Below, one piece after another: positions 28,707-44,469 of a DNA stretch of 64,000 nt (its first letter is position 1; every line of letters begins with the position of its first letter). Position numbers and translations under genes: made by a program. The stretch lies in assembly GCF_009914755.1 (NCBI RefSeq), contig NC_060930.1; one strand, given 5' to 3'. The DNA comes from the human T2T-CHM13v2.0 reference genome, Homo sapiens. Below the pieces are notes generated by a model. It made no database searches. It was not told the origin of the DNA and saw nothing but the letters and a program-made list of their open reading frames with translations.

Positions 28707-29809
28707 TCAGTAGGATATGTAACACTATGAAAGATTTTATATTGATCAGTTAATTTTTTAAAAAATCGAAGCTCAGTTTGAATGAACCTTAACTTAAAAG
28801 TAATAAAATTAGCCCTTTTACATCATAAGAATTTGAAAAAATTGTGAATAAGCATTCACACATACTTATTTAAACTTGTATTAAATGTGAAGAAAGGCTG
28901 ATTAATAAAAAGGAAATTTCATTGAGAAATCATGTTAATGTCATCATGGTTTTAACAAGTTAACTTGTTTTCTCTCTTGATTATAACCATACGTCTCTGA
29001 TTTAATAAATTTTCTGAGTCTGTATTAATACAGTTGTGTGTATTGTTAAGAAATTGTTAGAATTTTTAAAAACGATTTTTCACAGAAAATAAGCATACTG
29101 CAAGAAGAAAACAGCAAGGAAGGGTATTTTTCTGAGTACTATACATTTCAGTTGTATTTGTAGTACCTATGTGACAATCTTAATTATTGGTTTTATAAAA
29201 GCTAAGATCAGGTAATTTGAAATTTACATAAACATTGCCCTTAATATTTAACTAAAATATAATATAAATTAAATTGGAAATGTTTTATTTGATTTATCTT
29301 TTACAGAAGTATAAATATTACAGCATACGAGTTATTTTATTAACCCTTGTGTAAACAATTATTTTTGAGATATTTTGGAACTTTTAATAACAGAATTACT
29401 AAATGATTCTTTAATAATTATAAAGTATGTATTATTTTAAAATAATAAATATTTAATTTAAATTTTTAAGTTTTAAAAACATTTTCATATTTTAAATAAT
29501 TTTTAGTATTTGTTTAAATAATCTTTGATTAATTCTTTAACAAAGAATTAGTGTTTTTAATAACAAGATAAAATTGGCATTGTTTTCTATTTCACAGTAA
29601 TGCTTCAGTCAGATACATACATATGCTTTGTTAGACATGTTACATGCTCTGAAAAAAGAGTTAATGACTGCGTGCATTCATTATGAGGTAGAAAATTCTT
29701 ACTACTATTGATCTTGTTATTTCATGATTTGAAAATCTTAAAAGTTAGTAAGATGTGCACTAGATGTAGGGAATTAATGTTTGTTTTTTGGTTTTCTTAA
29801 CAGTTCGAC

Positions 29810-30056
29810 AATTTTATTTTTATTTATTTTAATTTTTTAATTATTTTTTAAAATTTGTGTGGGTACATAGTAGGTGTATAAATTTATGGTGTATGTGAGA
29901 TGTTTTGATACAGGAATGCAATGTGAGATAAGCACATCATGGAGAATGGGGTATCCATCCCCTCAAGCATTTATCCTTTGAGTTACAAGAAATCCAACTA
30001 CATTCTTTAAGTTATTATAAAATAAAGAATTAAGTTATTATTAACTATAGTCGCCC
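29810..30056 (-). mobile_element. L1MA (about L1MA1-2) 3' end
   Basis: GGGTACATAGTAGGTGTATA..GTTTTGATACAGG..GGGGTATCCATCCCCTCAAGCATTTATCCTTTG preceded by a T-rich tail. Confidence 0.88.
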
Positions 30057-30929
30057 AGCAATAAAGCTACTAAAAAATCAACATATCGATGAATGAAAAT
30101 ACCAGGAATTTAAAATGGAATCATATTACATAACTTGATTCATATTATTTCATAATTTAAAGCCCTTTTTGTACAAATCACTATTAAAATCAGTACTATT
30201 TAGTGTTTCTTCCAAGAGTATTCAAAAGTAAGAATTATCTGATATTCCATAAGCAATCCAAGTCAGGAATATCTAATGTGAATGGTTGGTAAAACTGTTG
30301 GGGTCCTATAGATACATGCCCTTGCTCCAGGAAAAACTCCTTTCTCCTATCTCCTGGCTTCCAGTCCAGTGTCCCAGGGGCTCTGGCCGACAGGCTAGCA
30401 TGAGCCATCATGCCTCTTGGTATGTCTCACTGGAGTAATTTCTCACCTATCATGTTTTGCCATCTCAGCTTTGTCCCAGTGCCTCTTGAGCTTCTCCGAA
30501 GGTAACCTAAGCTTCCTGTTTGTCTGCCTATTGCAACAGCACCTATTGCCACTTCCTTGGCAGCCTGTTGACTTGGAAATAGAACCCTACATTTGGTTTC
30601 TGCTCCTGACACTTTCTGAGCTTCCTCTCTGGTCTTCTCTGCTCCCATTCCTTCCTCTGCCTTTTGCTTTACAGATCCCCTTTTAAAGTCCCTTCCATCT
30701 GGGTATTACACTACTCCTCCATTTTTCTCCCTCTTCACATCTGGGTCATTAGAATCCATTGTACCAGTGTAGGCCCATTAAGGACAGATGCTTCCACTCT
30801 GCAGTAAGAATTGTGTCTCAGTTTATATTTTTCTCTGTAGACATATGTCAGCTTCTCTTGTCATAGTGTGTGTACATGCAGGTTGAACAAGTAGAGGACC
30901 TCAGGGTTCCAATTTGAAGTCCAAAATAC

Positions 30930-31075
30930 TATCACCATCAGCTGTAAATTTGGGGAAACTGAGGGACAAAGAGGTTAAATCACTTGGATGAGTCATCCAA
31001 CTGGTGAGACTATGAACTGGGATTCAAGCTCAGAGAGTCAGGATGACGAAGTGTGTGCTCCTAAACACTTACCTT
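30930..31075 (-). mobile_element. MIR SINE
   Basis: GGGGAAACTGAGGGACAAAGAGGTTAAATCACTTG...CTGGGATTCAA. Confidence 0.7.
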
Positions 31076-33377
31076 AATATGAGGGTAAGCAGGCAGGGTG
31101 AAATATTGAGGACACTAACAAATCTAGTCACCCTTTACCTGGGTCCTTCTTTTTCTTTCTTTCTTTCTTTCTTTTTTTTTTTGTAAGTTGATTTAATAGG
31201 TTGTAAGTTTATCTACGAATTCCAAAAAGTAGGTGTGTTCTTTAATAAGCAGTGTATTTGAGTATCTTGTTTTCCTATAGTGAGGAGAATAAAATATGTA
31301 AAAGCAGGAAGACAGAGGAAGCCTGGGTGAAAGGCTCAGAGAATGTGGCAGCATTTTTTTTTCTCTCCTTGGCATCACATCAAAGACAGACTCACAGAAA
31401 AAGACAGGCAACCCTCAAGATATTAATGAAATGTATCATTTCCCTCTGTAGTGAGGACCTGCCTCTGATCACCAGTAAAGCCTCAAAGCCATAACAACAC
31501 ATACGGTGTTTATGAATTTAGGATTTTACAGAAGTATTATAAGAGTTGTCATTTTCCAAATAGTGTTTTGTATGTTCATCGTGTACTTGCTGGAACATTT
31601 TGTGAGTACATGTACAAACTGTGTCACTGGAGTTTGGCTGGGCTTCTGGAGAAAAGAAGCTGATATATGGATAATGGCAAAGCATGTTGTGACATGGATG
31701 CAAGGGCAGAGAAATAAAAGACATAGGTCTCACCAACGACTATGTAGCTTCAAGAGCTGGTGGAATGAGGAAGACAATGTGGGGATGTTGAGACAAAGAG
31801 ACATAAAAGCAGTAAACCACAAGGGACAGATGGTAGAGGTGTGTCAGGGGTTGCAACTGTATTTTATAAATGGTGGTAGAATATTTGGCCTAGTCACCCA
31901 ACATTAATGTTCTAAGCAACCTGAAATCTCTCCACAAAAGAAGCTTTCTATGAAATTCCTATTTCATACACTCCAACTGTCCCCTAAGGAGTCATTCTAA
32001 AGAAGGAATACAAGAGATCCATCCTGAGTTCTAATTCTCTTCTCTCTAACATGTGGACACTTATAGATATTACCTTTTTCCTTGAGCTCAGCTGCAGCAT
32101 GCATATAAATAAGAAACAAATTTACTTGTCTACCTCCCAAATAGTCTTTCATTGAATTTCACATATTAGTTCTTGTTACTATGGAAGACATTTGGGGCTA
32201 AATATTCCATCACAAATGAAATGCTACAGCCGTTTCTCTCTCCTTCTGAATAGTATTTGTGACAGATTAGCCAGCTGCTCATGAAGTTTCAAGATTTTTT
32301 GTTTGGTTTTGTTTTTTTTTTTAATGTATTAGAGTTTTCTCTACTTCTGGTAATTTCTGACATTACAAGTCTCTCAAATCATACCTCTATCTCTTTTGCT
32401 TCTGCTTTTATTGAAAAACAATTATTTCTTGCCTGGACTATTTTACTCCTCTTCTGTTGCATTTCTTGGGGCCTGGGTCTGTAGTACCCTCTCACTGCAG
32501 TGTCTTAGTGTCATTGCCAAAGCTGCCCTCAGAGAACTCTATGTAGTGATTTCTAGTTTTTCTCTCCAGGTCCCTAGCCATGCTTCTTATTGCCTAATGA
32601 ACCAGGATCAAGGAGTTCGATCTCTGCATTAGCCTCTGATCACAGCCCCTGAACGGCCCTGTCTTATCCTTCGTGCATCCTCTCTGTGACTCTCAGAAAG
32701 GCTGTCAGTTTCCTGGTCAGTCTTTTCCCTAATAACCTAGGGCTCATAGCATGCTCCATAATGCCCTTTCTTTTCCCTCAAGGGATCTTTGAAAATATCT
32801 CTGGCATATAACAGGAGGGGCCTGGATCTCTAGTACCTTCTGTGACCAGCTGCAGAGACTATCAAATCCCTGAAATGACTGCCTAAGAATGCAACTCCCA
32901 GGCCACCCCACCCTGCAACATCAATTTAAATTTTCCTCAGAGGAAATGTTATCATTTCTTGGTCAGCATCTGCCACTGTATGTGGTCATTTGGGCGACTG
33001 CAGTTCTGCAAACTTACCTCTAGACATAAGAGATGTTTAAAATAGACACTTAGGGATTTACTAACTGATAAAATCATAGAATGATGTGCACGTTTTTTTG
33101 GAACTTTTTTGTACTCCCTATTCCTTATGTGTTATCTGCTGAGCTTTGTTCATAAGATTGGTCTGCACATGGTTAGCAGGGACTAAAAACCACAAAGTAT
33201 AAAGATAGAGACATCCACAAGATGCTTCCATAAAGCATGCTTTCCTAGTGCTTTCGGGAACTTTTGGGTGCTTCTGTCTCTTTGTTTTTTTCTTAAATAA
33301 TAAGTTTTATCTTCTGTCCATTATTATTGAGGGTCTAGCATTTATGGAGAATAGGACAGCAAATCAATCTATAAGCT

Positions 33378-33820
33378 CTTTTAGTTTTCCTACTACTGCT
33401 AAAACAAATTACTACAAACTTAGTGGCTTAAAACAACACAAATGTATTATCTTATAGTTCTGGAGGCCAGAAATCCAAAATAGGTCATAGGGAATAAAAT
33501 CAAGGTGAATGCAGAGCTGTATTCCTCCTGGAGGCTATAGGAGAGAATGCATTTCCTCTTTTTCCACATTCCACAAACCACCTGTATTCCTTGACTCATG
33601 ACCCCATGTCACTTAGATCCCTGCTTCCATTGTCTCCTCTGACTTGGACCCTCCTGCTTCCTTTTTACGAGGATCATTGTGATCACATTGGGCCCACCTT
33701 GATCATATAGGATAATCAACCCTCCCCAAGGGTCTTAATCACTTCTCCAAAGTCCCTTTGCCATATAAGGCAACATATTTATAGGTTCCAGGGATTAGAA
33801 TGTGATTCTATTTGGGAGAC
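33378..33820 (-). mobile_element. MLT1 (C/D-type) MaLR LTR
   Basis: AACAAATTACTACAAACTTAGTGGCTTAAAACAACACAAAT..GTTCTGGAGGCCAG..CATTGGGCCCACC..GGTTCCAGGGATTAG. Confidence 0.85.
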
Positions 33821-35446
33821 CTCCCCAACCCCCACTTAATTGTAAATTTGAAACTACGTGTAATACTTTTCACATATTGCATTGAAAATAAACATGTTAA
33901 TATTTTTATTAAGACAAGAAAGTTGTTTTTTAAGATCACAACAAGCAGTTACTTGGAATTTTCATGAAAGAATATTTACCACATAGTCTTAATACATCTT
34001 GGTGGCTAGATACCAAATTGTGGTTTGCTGACTTCTTTACATTGATTATATGTATCATTAAAAATGGATGAGACCTAAAACTGCCAGACTCCATCCAATA
34101 CAAAAATACAAGTATTTGTAGGAAACTCTTAGAATTTTCACATGTAAGAATATGTCACATTTCTGAAAAAAATTCTACCCAGTGACACCATTTCTTACTA
34201 TGCCTATGTGTTTTTTCAGCGTTAGTATTTGAACATAAACACTTTTCCCTATAAAAGCCTATAAGCCAATAGCAGCTGCAGAAGGGAGACCTGCAAGTTG
34301 TTGGCAGGCTCTGGGGCTCACTCGGGTTCCTGACCCAGGCCTTTCTGAGTCTTTCAGATGCTTCACACTTCCCTGCACATCCTACTTCTGTGACACCCCC
34401 GAAGTTGCACTTATGGTCCAAGCTAAATGCTACCTCAGGAGCTCAGAAATAAAGAACATTGGAGTGAAAAAAAATTCCGAATTATGCTTGTAAACCAAAT
34501 ATATATGGATAGTGTGAATTGTGCAGACAACACATTCAAATACATTTCATATGGTGAAGTCTAGCCAACCTCAAATCTATTAGTCTGATCTACTTCATCC
34601 ACTACATTTGTGTAAGATTACCCTTCTTTCATAGTAAACACATATGTAAAATATTTTAATGTGTTTTTGTTAGATTCATTTTAATGTTTCCAAACTGTTT
34701 CTATTAATATTAATAAGTACCATTTTATATGTTTTCTCCTATATTTCTTGTTTTCATCCAGGACTACTAGATTCCAGTAAGAATAAAATTAAACATTAGA
34801 GGTTTGTCTTCCATGTTGTTTAAGAAAATTAGTTTCCCTTTTTAAATAATTACTAATATTTGAAGATTATGAATCATAAATTAATCACAAGTGCCATACC
34901 TATTATTTTAGAAGCAATTGAGCAATATAAATGGTCTTCAGTTTTACCAGTTCTTGATCTGTAGTAAATTCCAGGGGTGGTGGGGTCTGTGAAATAATGA
35001 AGAAAAAGATTATTTTAAAAAAAGAGAGGAAAAATGATACCTAAATTAGAAAATCGTTGGTTTTATTTCTTGTATCAAAATATCTGATAATTTTAACATT
35101 CATTATGTGTTCTTTTAAGAACTGATGCTCATCAGTTTTCTCATCAGTTTTTCTGTTTTTCACTTGGCGTTTATTGATATTTTCTATTGCCTGAGTAATT
35201 TAAGAGCCTGCAAAATTAACCTGCCTTTCAATTTGCACATGTACTTATTATGGTAAAATCAATATTTTCATCCTAGGATTGGTCATGTACTTTGCAGCCT
35301 AATGATAAGGAGAAAAATAACCTCAGAAGAGTGAAGCTGTGCTGGCCAGCAATGGAGATTTGATAGGGAAGAAAGGTGTCATATCACCTGGATATAGCCA
35401 ACTAACAGCTTGATATATATGATTCCAAGCCAAAACCTACATTTAG

Positions 35447-35504
35447 TCTCTCTCTCTTTCTTTCTCTGTCTCTCTGTGTGTGTGTGTGTGTGTCTCTCTC
35501 TCTC
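35447..35504. repeat. Compound (CT)n(GT)n(CT)n microsatellite
   Basis: Directly visible in the sequence. Confidence 0.9.
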
Positions 35505-35939
35505 ATCTTTATACTATAGATTATAAAATTTGGATACGTAAACAGTCATCCCACTTATTTCTAACACAATTCTGTGATAATAATGCCTTTTCAGTGTGTA
35601 GCTTTCATTGTTTTCAAAGCACCTTTATAGCCCTTCTCTCCTTTGATCTTTACAACAACCCAGAGAAGTGGGCAGGAGAGACAGTAATCTTCCCATTTTG
35701 ACACATGAAGAAATCTCTTCAAGCTTCACTGTCTTTGAGGACCTCTGGGTAATGATGTCATCTGTCCTGAAACTGCCAGATGACTTTTGCTCTAGAAGAA
35801 GGCTAGGGAGAAAAAAACAAAACAAAACAACAACAACAAAAAAAAAACGAACATTTAGGCTGGGAGACTGGGCTGTCTTTTCCCCCTTCACCCCTAAAAA
35901 TCTACTTTGCAAAGAGAGCAACATCCACTCACCATCCCC

Positions 35940-36170
35940 AACACTTTCTGTTCCCCTTCCCTGATTTCTATTTTTTCCACAGCACTTACTACTTTGGGTT
36001 ATGCTGCACTGTATTTCATTTATTTACTTACTGTACTTGTTGTCTGGCTTCCCCACCAGAATGTAAGATCCTTGAAAGTAAGTATTTTTGTTTGTTTTAT
36101 ACATATCTCCCCAGCAACAAGAACAGTGCCACTGGTAGAAGGCATAAGAAAATGCCAGAATGAGTCACTG
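35940..36170 (+). mobile_element. L2 3' end
   Basis: TGTCTGGCTTCCCCACCAGAATGTAAGATCCTTGA...TCCCCAGCAACAAGAACAGTGCC. Confidence 0.7.
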
Positions 36171-37239
36171 AGTGCAGACTGGAACTGGGAACAGGAACAG
36201 TTAGCTGGTGGTCCACAGGGAAGGTTCTCTCCTTTTCCTTGGTGACAGTGAGAAGTCTTATTTGCAAGAGGAAGAGAGCATGACTTAGAATAACAGTTTG
36301 GCTTTAGGTGGGACCTATACTATGCAACATGTGGAACTTGGAGGGCCTTGGAGAAGCTGAGCTTGGGAGCAGGCTCACTTGCCTGGGGAAGGGAAGTCTC
36401 TCAGCCCATTCTTTAGCCACCTAGCAATAGTTGTTAGTCAGTCCTGTTTGTCTACCCACACTAGCACATGGGAGGCACTGTATTTGTCAAATGAATGAAT
36501 GATGAATGAATGAAACCAGTCATTTATATATTGAAGTAAATCAGTGTCATGGAATGTTTTATGTTTAAATGAAGAGAGAAAACTTTAATCAGATTAAATA
36601 TAGGAAGGATATTTGGGATCTAGAAGGCCAACCCAGTTGTTCAATCACAGTTGCCTCCATGGGGGTCAACCTTAAGCGTTGTGCCTGCAAGCAATCACAC
36701 TTCTCTGGTGGAAAAGCCATTCCGATTCTGGGGCCCTTTTTCCACCATTTCCCTTCATCCACAGCAAGGAGCTTCAGCTCTGGAGACTGTAATTTGCACA
36801 AAGCAATTCAGGGTATAAAAGCAAAACTACACACTTGCAAGGTAAAGATACCAATTCATTCGACTCTAACCATCAAAAGATACATATACACATATATGAC
36901 ATGAGGAATACTTTAGTCACCAGTTACCCTTCCTGCAAGATTAGTCATTAGATCCCATGATAGGCCTTGTTAATGCCATGGAGAGAAAAGAGATAATTAT
37001 AATGAGTTAAATTTAGAAACAACAGTCATTTTTTGTGGATTAGAAATAGTGAAAGTCAGTGTCTTTCTATCAGTCTTTCACATCAAAAGCTACAGGAAAA
37101 TCATAAGAAATAATGAATAGAAGAAATATGTACTATTTCTAATTGAAAAATGTCTTTTATTTCAGCTCCCTTGTATGGCTACCTGCTTAAATATATTCAT
37201 GCTTATGTTTAATGTCTCCTATAGGTTCCTGCTATAATC

Positions 37240-39593
37240 TTCTTTTTTTTAATTGTTCTTGGGTTTTAAAAAAATGTTTGTTTGACAAATAATAATTATA
37301 CATTTTCATGTGATAGATAGTGATGTTTCAATCCATATAATGTATAATGATCAGAACAGGGTAATTTGCATATCTATCATCTCTAATATTTATCATTTCC
37401 TTGTGTTAGAAACATTCAGTATATTTCTTCTAGCTATTTGAAACAATATAATACATTATTGTTAACTGTAGTCCTTCCACAGTGGTATAAAACATTATAA
37501 CTGATTCCTCCTATTTAGCCATAATTTTTATATCCTTTGACAAATCTCTCCCTATCCCTCCCTTCCCCCTACCCTCCCAAGCCTCCAGTTTCCTCTGTTC
37601 TACTTTATACTTCCAAGAGATCAACTTTTTTTAGCTTCTGCACATGGGTGAGAACATGTGGTGTTTAACTTTATGTTCCTGGCTTATTTCACATAACGTA
37701 ATGTCCTCCAGTTCCATCTATGTTGCTATGAATGATAGGAATTCATTCTTTTTATGGCTGAATAGTATTCCATTGTGTATGTATGCCACATTTTCTTGAT
37801 CCATTCATCTGTTGTGGTACACCTCAGTTGATGCTGTATCTTGGCTATTGTGAATAGTGTGGCAATAAACATGGGGGTGCAGAAGTCTTTTTGATACAAT
37901 GACTTTCTTTCCTTTGGATAAGTTCCCAGTAGTGGCATTGCTGGATTATATAGTCATTCTGTTTGTGGTTTTATGAGAAACCTCCATACTGTTCTCTAGA
38001 GTGGCTGTACTAGTTTATGTTCCCAACAAGAGGTATAATATACAGTTCCCTTTTCTCCACACCCTCACCACCATTTGTTATTTTTTGTCTTTTTTATAAT
38101 AGCCATCCTAACTGGGGTAAGAAGATACCACATTGTGGTTTTGATTTGCATTTTCCTGATGATTAGTGATGTCAAACATTTTTAAATACATTTGTTGGCC
38201 ATTTGTATATCTTCCTTTTATAAATGTCTGTTCAGATAATTTGACCATTTTTTACTCATATTATTTGGGTTTTTGCTGTTGATATGTTTGAGTTCCTTGT
38301 ATATTCTAGATATTAATCCCCTATTGAATGAGTAGCTTACAAATATTTTCTTCCATTCTATAAGTTGTCTTTTTGCTCTGTTGATGTTTCCTTTGCTGTG
38401 CAGAAGCTTTTTAGTTTTATATAATCCCAGTTGTTTATTTTTGCTTTTGTTTCCTGTGCTTTCGAGGTCTTGATCATAAAATATTTTCCCAGTCCAATGT
38501 CCTGAACTGTTTCTCATATGTTTTCTCCTAGTAATTTTATCATTTCAGGTCCTACATTTAGGTCTTTGATCCATTTTGAGTGGATTTTTATATAGGGTAA
38601 GAGGTGGAAGTCTAGTTTTATTCTTCTGCATACGGATATCCAGTTTTCCCAGCAGCATTTATTGACAAGACTGTCCTTTCTCAAATGAGTGTTCTAGGAA
38701 CCTTTATTAAAAATCAGTTGGCTGTAGATATGTGAATTAATTGTTGGGTTCTTTATTCTGTTCCATTCTTCTGTGTGTCTGTTTTTATGTTAGTACTATG
38801 CTGTTGTAGTTCCTGCAGGTTTGTAGTATATATTGAGGACTGGTAGTGTGGTACCACCATCTTTGTTCTTTTTGCTCAGGATTGCTTTGGCTACTCAGAG
38901 TCCTTTGTGGCTCTATTCAAATTGTAAGTGTTTTTTTCTATTTCTGTGAATAATGTCATTGGTATTTTGATAGGAATTGCATTGAATCTGTAGATTGCAT
39001 TGGGTAGAATTGTCATTTCAACAATATTAATTCTTCTAATCCATGACCATAGGATCTTTCCATTTGTTTGTATCCTCTTCAATTCCTTTCATTAGTGTTT
39101 TGTAGGGTTCCTTATAGAGGACTTTCACCTTCTTGGTTAAATTTATTGCTAGGTATTTTACTTTTTTGTAGCTATTGTAAATGAGATTGCCTTCTTGATT
39201 TCTTTTTGTTAGTTCATTCATGTACAGAAATGCTACTCATTTTTGTATATTAATTCTGTATCCTGCAACTTTACTGAATTCGTTTATCAGTACTAAGAGT
39301 TTTTTGGTAGAGCCTTTAATTTTTCTTTACATAAGGTCACGTCACCTACAGAGACAATCTGACTTCTTCTTTTCCTCTTTAAAAAAAATCTTTGTACTAC
39401 CTACCTCTATTTGTCAAAATGACTTTTTCTCCTTTATAATGTGGATGCCTCTTTATTTTGTTTGGTCTAATTGCTCTGGCTAGTACTTCCAGTACTATGT
39501 TGAATAAAAGTGGTGAGAGTGGGCAGCCTTCCTATTCTAGTTCTTAGAGGAAAACCTTCAGCTTTTCCCCATTCAGTAAGATGTTAGTTGTGG
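37240..39593 (-). mobile_element. 5'-truncated L1MA (about L1MA5), about 2.3 kb
   Basis: L1MA 3' UTR (TGATCAGAACAGGGTAATT..) and degenerate ORF2 pieces such as [17 protein letters not shown]. Confidence 0.92.
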
Positions 39594-40079
39594 TGGTCTT
39601 TGTTTTAATACAACCTACAAAATAAAATACATTTATGTACATATCTACATATATACACACACATTAAACATAATGTGTATGTATACATATATAGATATAT
39701 TTATATTTATATAGACCTAAATACATCTGCATAGATATATGACACGTTCATGATAAACCAGTTTGACTGTGGTGTGGCCCACACACCTTTGCTTGCCTGT
39801 TTCTCCTCCCACAGTACTGTGGCTCTCCAGAGAGGCTCTCATATATACCCTGCTCCAAGAGCCCCAATATGTGTCCTGTTCTGCAGCAGGACCGCTTATG
39901 GAGATGCTCTTCATCAACTAGGTAGTGCTCATTTCTGTATGTTCTTGAAATCTGGAAAACCTCAAGACAGAAAATGAATTTATTTTTAAAGTGGAATTTA
40001 ATGCAGCAATTAGACAGATGAGAAATATTTTTGGCCCAAGGCATTTTTGTTCACACCTTATAAAGGAGCATTTTTGGTT

Positions 40080-40202
40080 CTGCTTACAAATGACTTTACC
40101 ACAGTGTTGAAAGTGTCTCTCTCTCTCCTCTTCTCTTCTCTCTCTCTCCTGCTTAAAAATGACTTTACCATGGTATTAAAGGTCTCTCTCTCTGTCTCTC
40201 TC
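40080..40202. repeat. Imperfect direct duplication, period about 69 bp, with CT tracts
   Basis: CTGCTTACAAATGACTTTACCACAGTGTTGAAAGTGTCTCTCTC versus CTGCTTAAAAATGACTTTACCATGGTATTAAAGGTCTCTCTCTC. Confidence 0.85.
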
Positions 40203-40588
40203 AATTCTTTCATTCATTTATTCAATATATACTTAATATATTCTATGTGCAAGGCACAGTGCGAATAACTCTCGAAGATGTTTTACACTCATAAGACATG
40301 TGCCCAAAATGCTACAGCATTAATTTGCCACATGTATTATTTGGACAATTCAGTAGATGCCATAGAGGTTCTAGGAGAAGGAATGTTTCTGGACCAAGGA
40401 TCAGAATAACATTCAGGGAGGAGGTGGCAAGCATACAAAAGGTGGAATGAATAGATGTTTGAGACAAAGTAAATTTTCAAGTTTACATAAAAAAGAACGT
40501 TTTTCTAAGAGAGTAGTGGGAAAGTGGAACTAAAGACTTGTAGCAAACAAGTTGTGGGTAATTCCAAATGTGGGCTGAGGGGCCTTAG

Positions 40589-42452
<1,864 letters not shown>

Positions 42453-42855
42453 GAATGTCTTTAAGAGACGGACATTGTTGCAGAGCCCTTTTACTAGGGT
42501 TAAACTGGAGTACAGAGAACATTAGAGTGGGGCTTTAGTGAGGTGTGTGGGCCTGATTTCAGGGAGTATGTAAAGGCTGGGAAACATGAATTGTAAGGCA
42601 GAGATGTTGGGGGCTAACAGAGAGGGAGGGGGTCAAAGGTAACCAAGGTGTCAATCCTAGATGTCTGGTAGAATAGTGTAGCATTTAATGGAATCAGAAC
42701 ATCAGGATGAAGGCAGTATTAATTGCCTACAGGTGATAAAAGTTGTCCACAGAAAATATCCAGCAGGTAGCAGGAAAGACAGACAGAATTGGGATTTGGG
42801 AAAGAGTCTGGACTAAAGATGCATATTTGAGAATTGCTCATGGAGAGATGAGAAT

Positions 42856-42960
42856 TGATGAGATGTGGCAATGGATAAGATGTTTGGAAGAGTGAGAGGA
42901 AAGAGAAATGATGAGATGTGGCAATGGATAAGATGTTTGGAAGAATGAGAGGAAAGAAAA
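42856..42960. repeat. 53-bp tandem duplication (2 copies)
   Basis: TGATGAGATGTGGCAATGGATAAGATGTTTGGAAGA(G/A)TGAGAGGAAAGA occurs twice. Confidence 0.95.
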
Positions 42961-43056
42961 TTAATGAGAGCAGAATCCTTTTTGTTTTTACCTAAATTTT
43001 AATGATGAGCCCTAGCTTTTACTGTCCTCCCTGTTTTAGCTGACTCTGTATACCCT

Positions 43057-43236
43057 CAGTAGTTCTCAACTGAGGGCAATATTTTTTTTAAGTATGAGAA
43101 GGAGAGGGTGTGATACCACTGGCATCCCAGGGTAGAGGCCAGGGAAGCCACTAAGCATCGTGTCATGCACGGGACAGCCCCACAACAAAGGATTCTCTGG
43201 CCCAAAATGTCAACAGTGCCAAGGTTAGAAACACTG
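43057..43236. mobile_element. MER20 (hAT-Charlie) MITE
   Basis: TIRs CAGTAGTTCTCAAC / GTTAGAAACACTG; internal CTGGCATC..GGTAGAGGCCAGGGA..GCCCAAAATGTCAA. Confidence 0.88.
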
Positions 43237-43849
43237 CTCTGTGTTTGCCAAAAGAAAATCCCTTCAGTGTCTTGTTTAGTCAAGCAAACTGTCTCCTAAA
43301 TTTGGTTATCTCCTACAAGAAATGGAAAGCAGAAATCCTTTCAGAACCAAATACGCTCTCCCACAAGGGTCTCTAATTCTTCCTGCACACTTCTCTGTAG
43401 AAGAAAGACTAAATATTCAAGAATGACAATTTGGGAGCAGATTATTTTTTATAAAACCAAGCAAACACTCATCTTATTTTTCAAGTAATTCCAACTGAAC
43501 ACATATATGGTAAAAGCCACTGGGAGGAAAACGAGGAAAGGGCTCCCACATGCTCATATCTCTTCTGGATGTTCACAGACATATATGTTAAGTAAACAGC
43601 ATACCCATGTACTTGAGCAGCCCAGGTCTGCCTTTGAACCTTCTTTCCTGCTTGCCATGGACAGCATTGATCTACATGGGCTGTGTTGTGCTTGTACTTC
43701 ATTGCACAGTTTCCAAATGTTTCTGCACGTGGAAATAATATTTTATTTTTGCAACATTCCTTAAGGGATGTCTAGTTGATTCATTGTGATAAAATTGGAA
43801 CAATAAGTACATGTGAAAGAATCTAAATATTCATGAACTGTTCGACAGG

Positions 43850-44010
43850 CCACTTAACTTCTCTGTGTGGCATTTTAGGACAGTGCTTAAGGGAGGAAAT
43901 TCTGTGCTATTCTGTCCAGAACATCTCTTTCTCTGTTTCCTCATCCATAAAGTGAGGATGATAATGTGCCCATCTCATAGGGTTATTCGGGAGGTAGAGT
44001 AAGCTAAATT
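43850..44010 (+). mobile_element. MIR fragment(s)
   Basis: CTCTGTTTCCTCATCCATAAAGTGAGGATGATAAT..CTCATAGGGTT. Confidence 0.65.
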
Positions 44011-44469
44011 ATTAGCCACATCCCCAAAGTTCTGGAACCATCATAACAACATTATTCAGCATTGCTTGCTTAGCATTTCACCAAACCAAACTCTTCATAT
44101 TTTATCATATTGTATACTTTGAAGTGACGTGTATTACCCCACACGGATATACTGATTTCTTCCCTTGTCAATGACACAAAAATAATCATGAAATATTTCT
44201 TACCTGAAAAATGTAGCATTTTTACTGGGATGACATTTTGTAAATATGTGTGGGTATCTTTAGAATGCCCCCAGACCAAAAATATTGATAGAGTTTTAAC
44301 ATTAATTAACTTTATAAATAGTGAGATCAAAGAAATTTTGCTTCTTCTTTGCTTGGTTGATTTCTAAAATGTTTTCACTGGAATTAAGTTAATGTTTAAA
44401 TTAAATATGAGAAAACAACAAATATTTAAAGATAAAAGTTGCATGGGTTTTTTTCAGTATTTATTTTAG

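Noticed and set aside
34250-34257. TATAAAAG box (another at about 36814) as a promoter
   Set aside because: It is expected by chance in 64 kb of AT-rich DNA, and there is no CpG island, downstream exon or other support.
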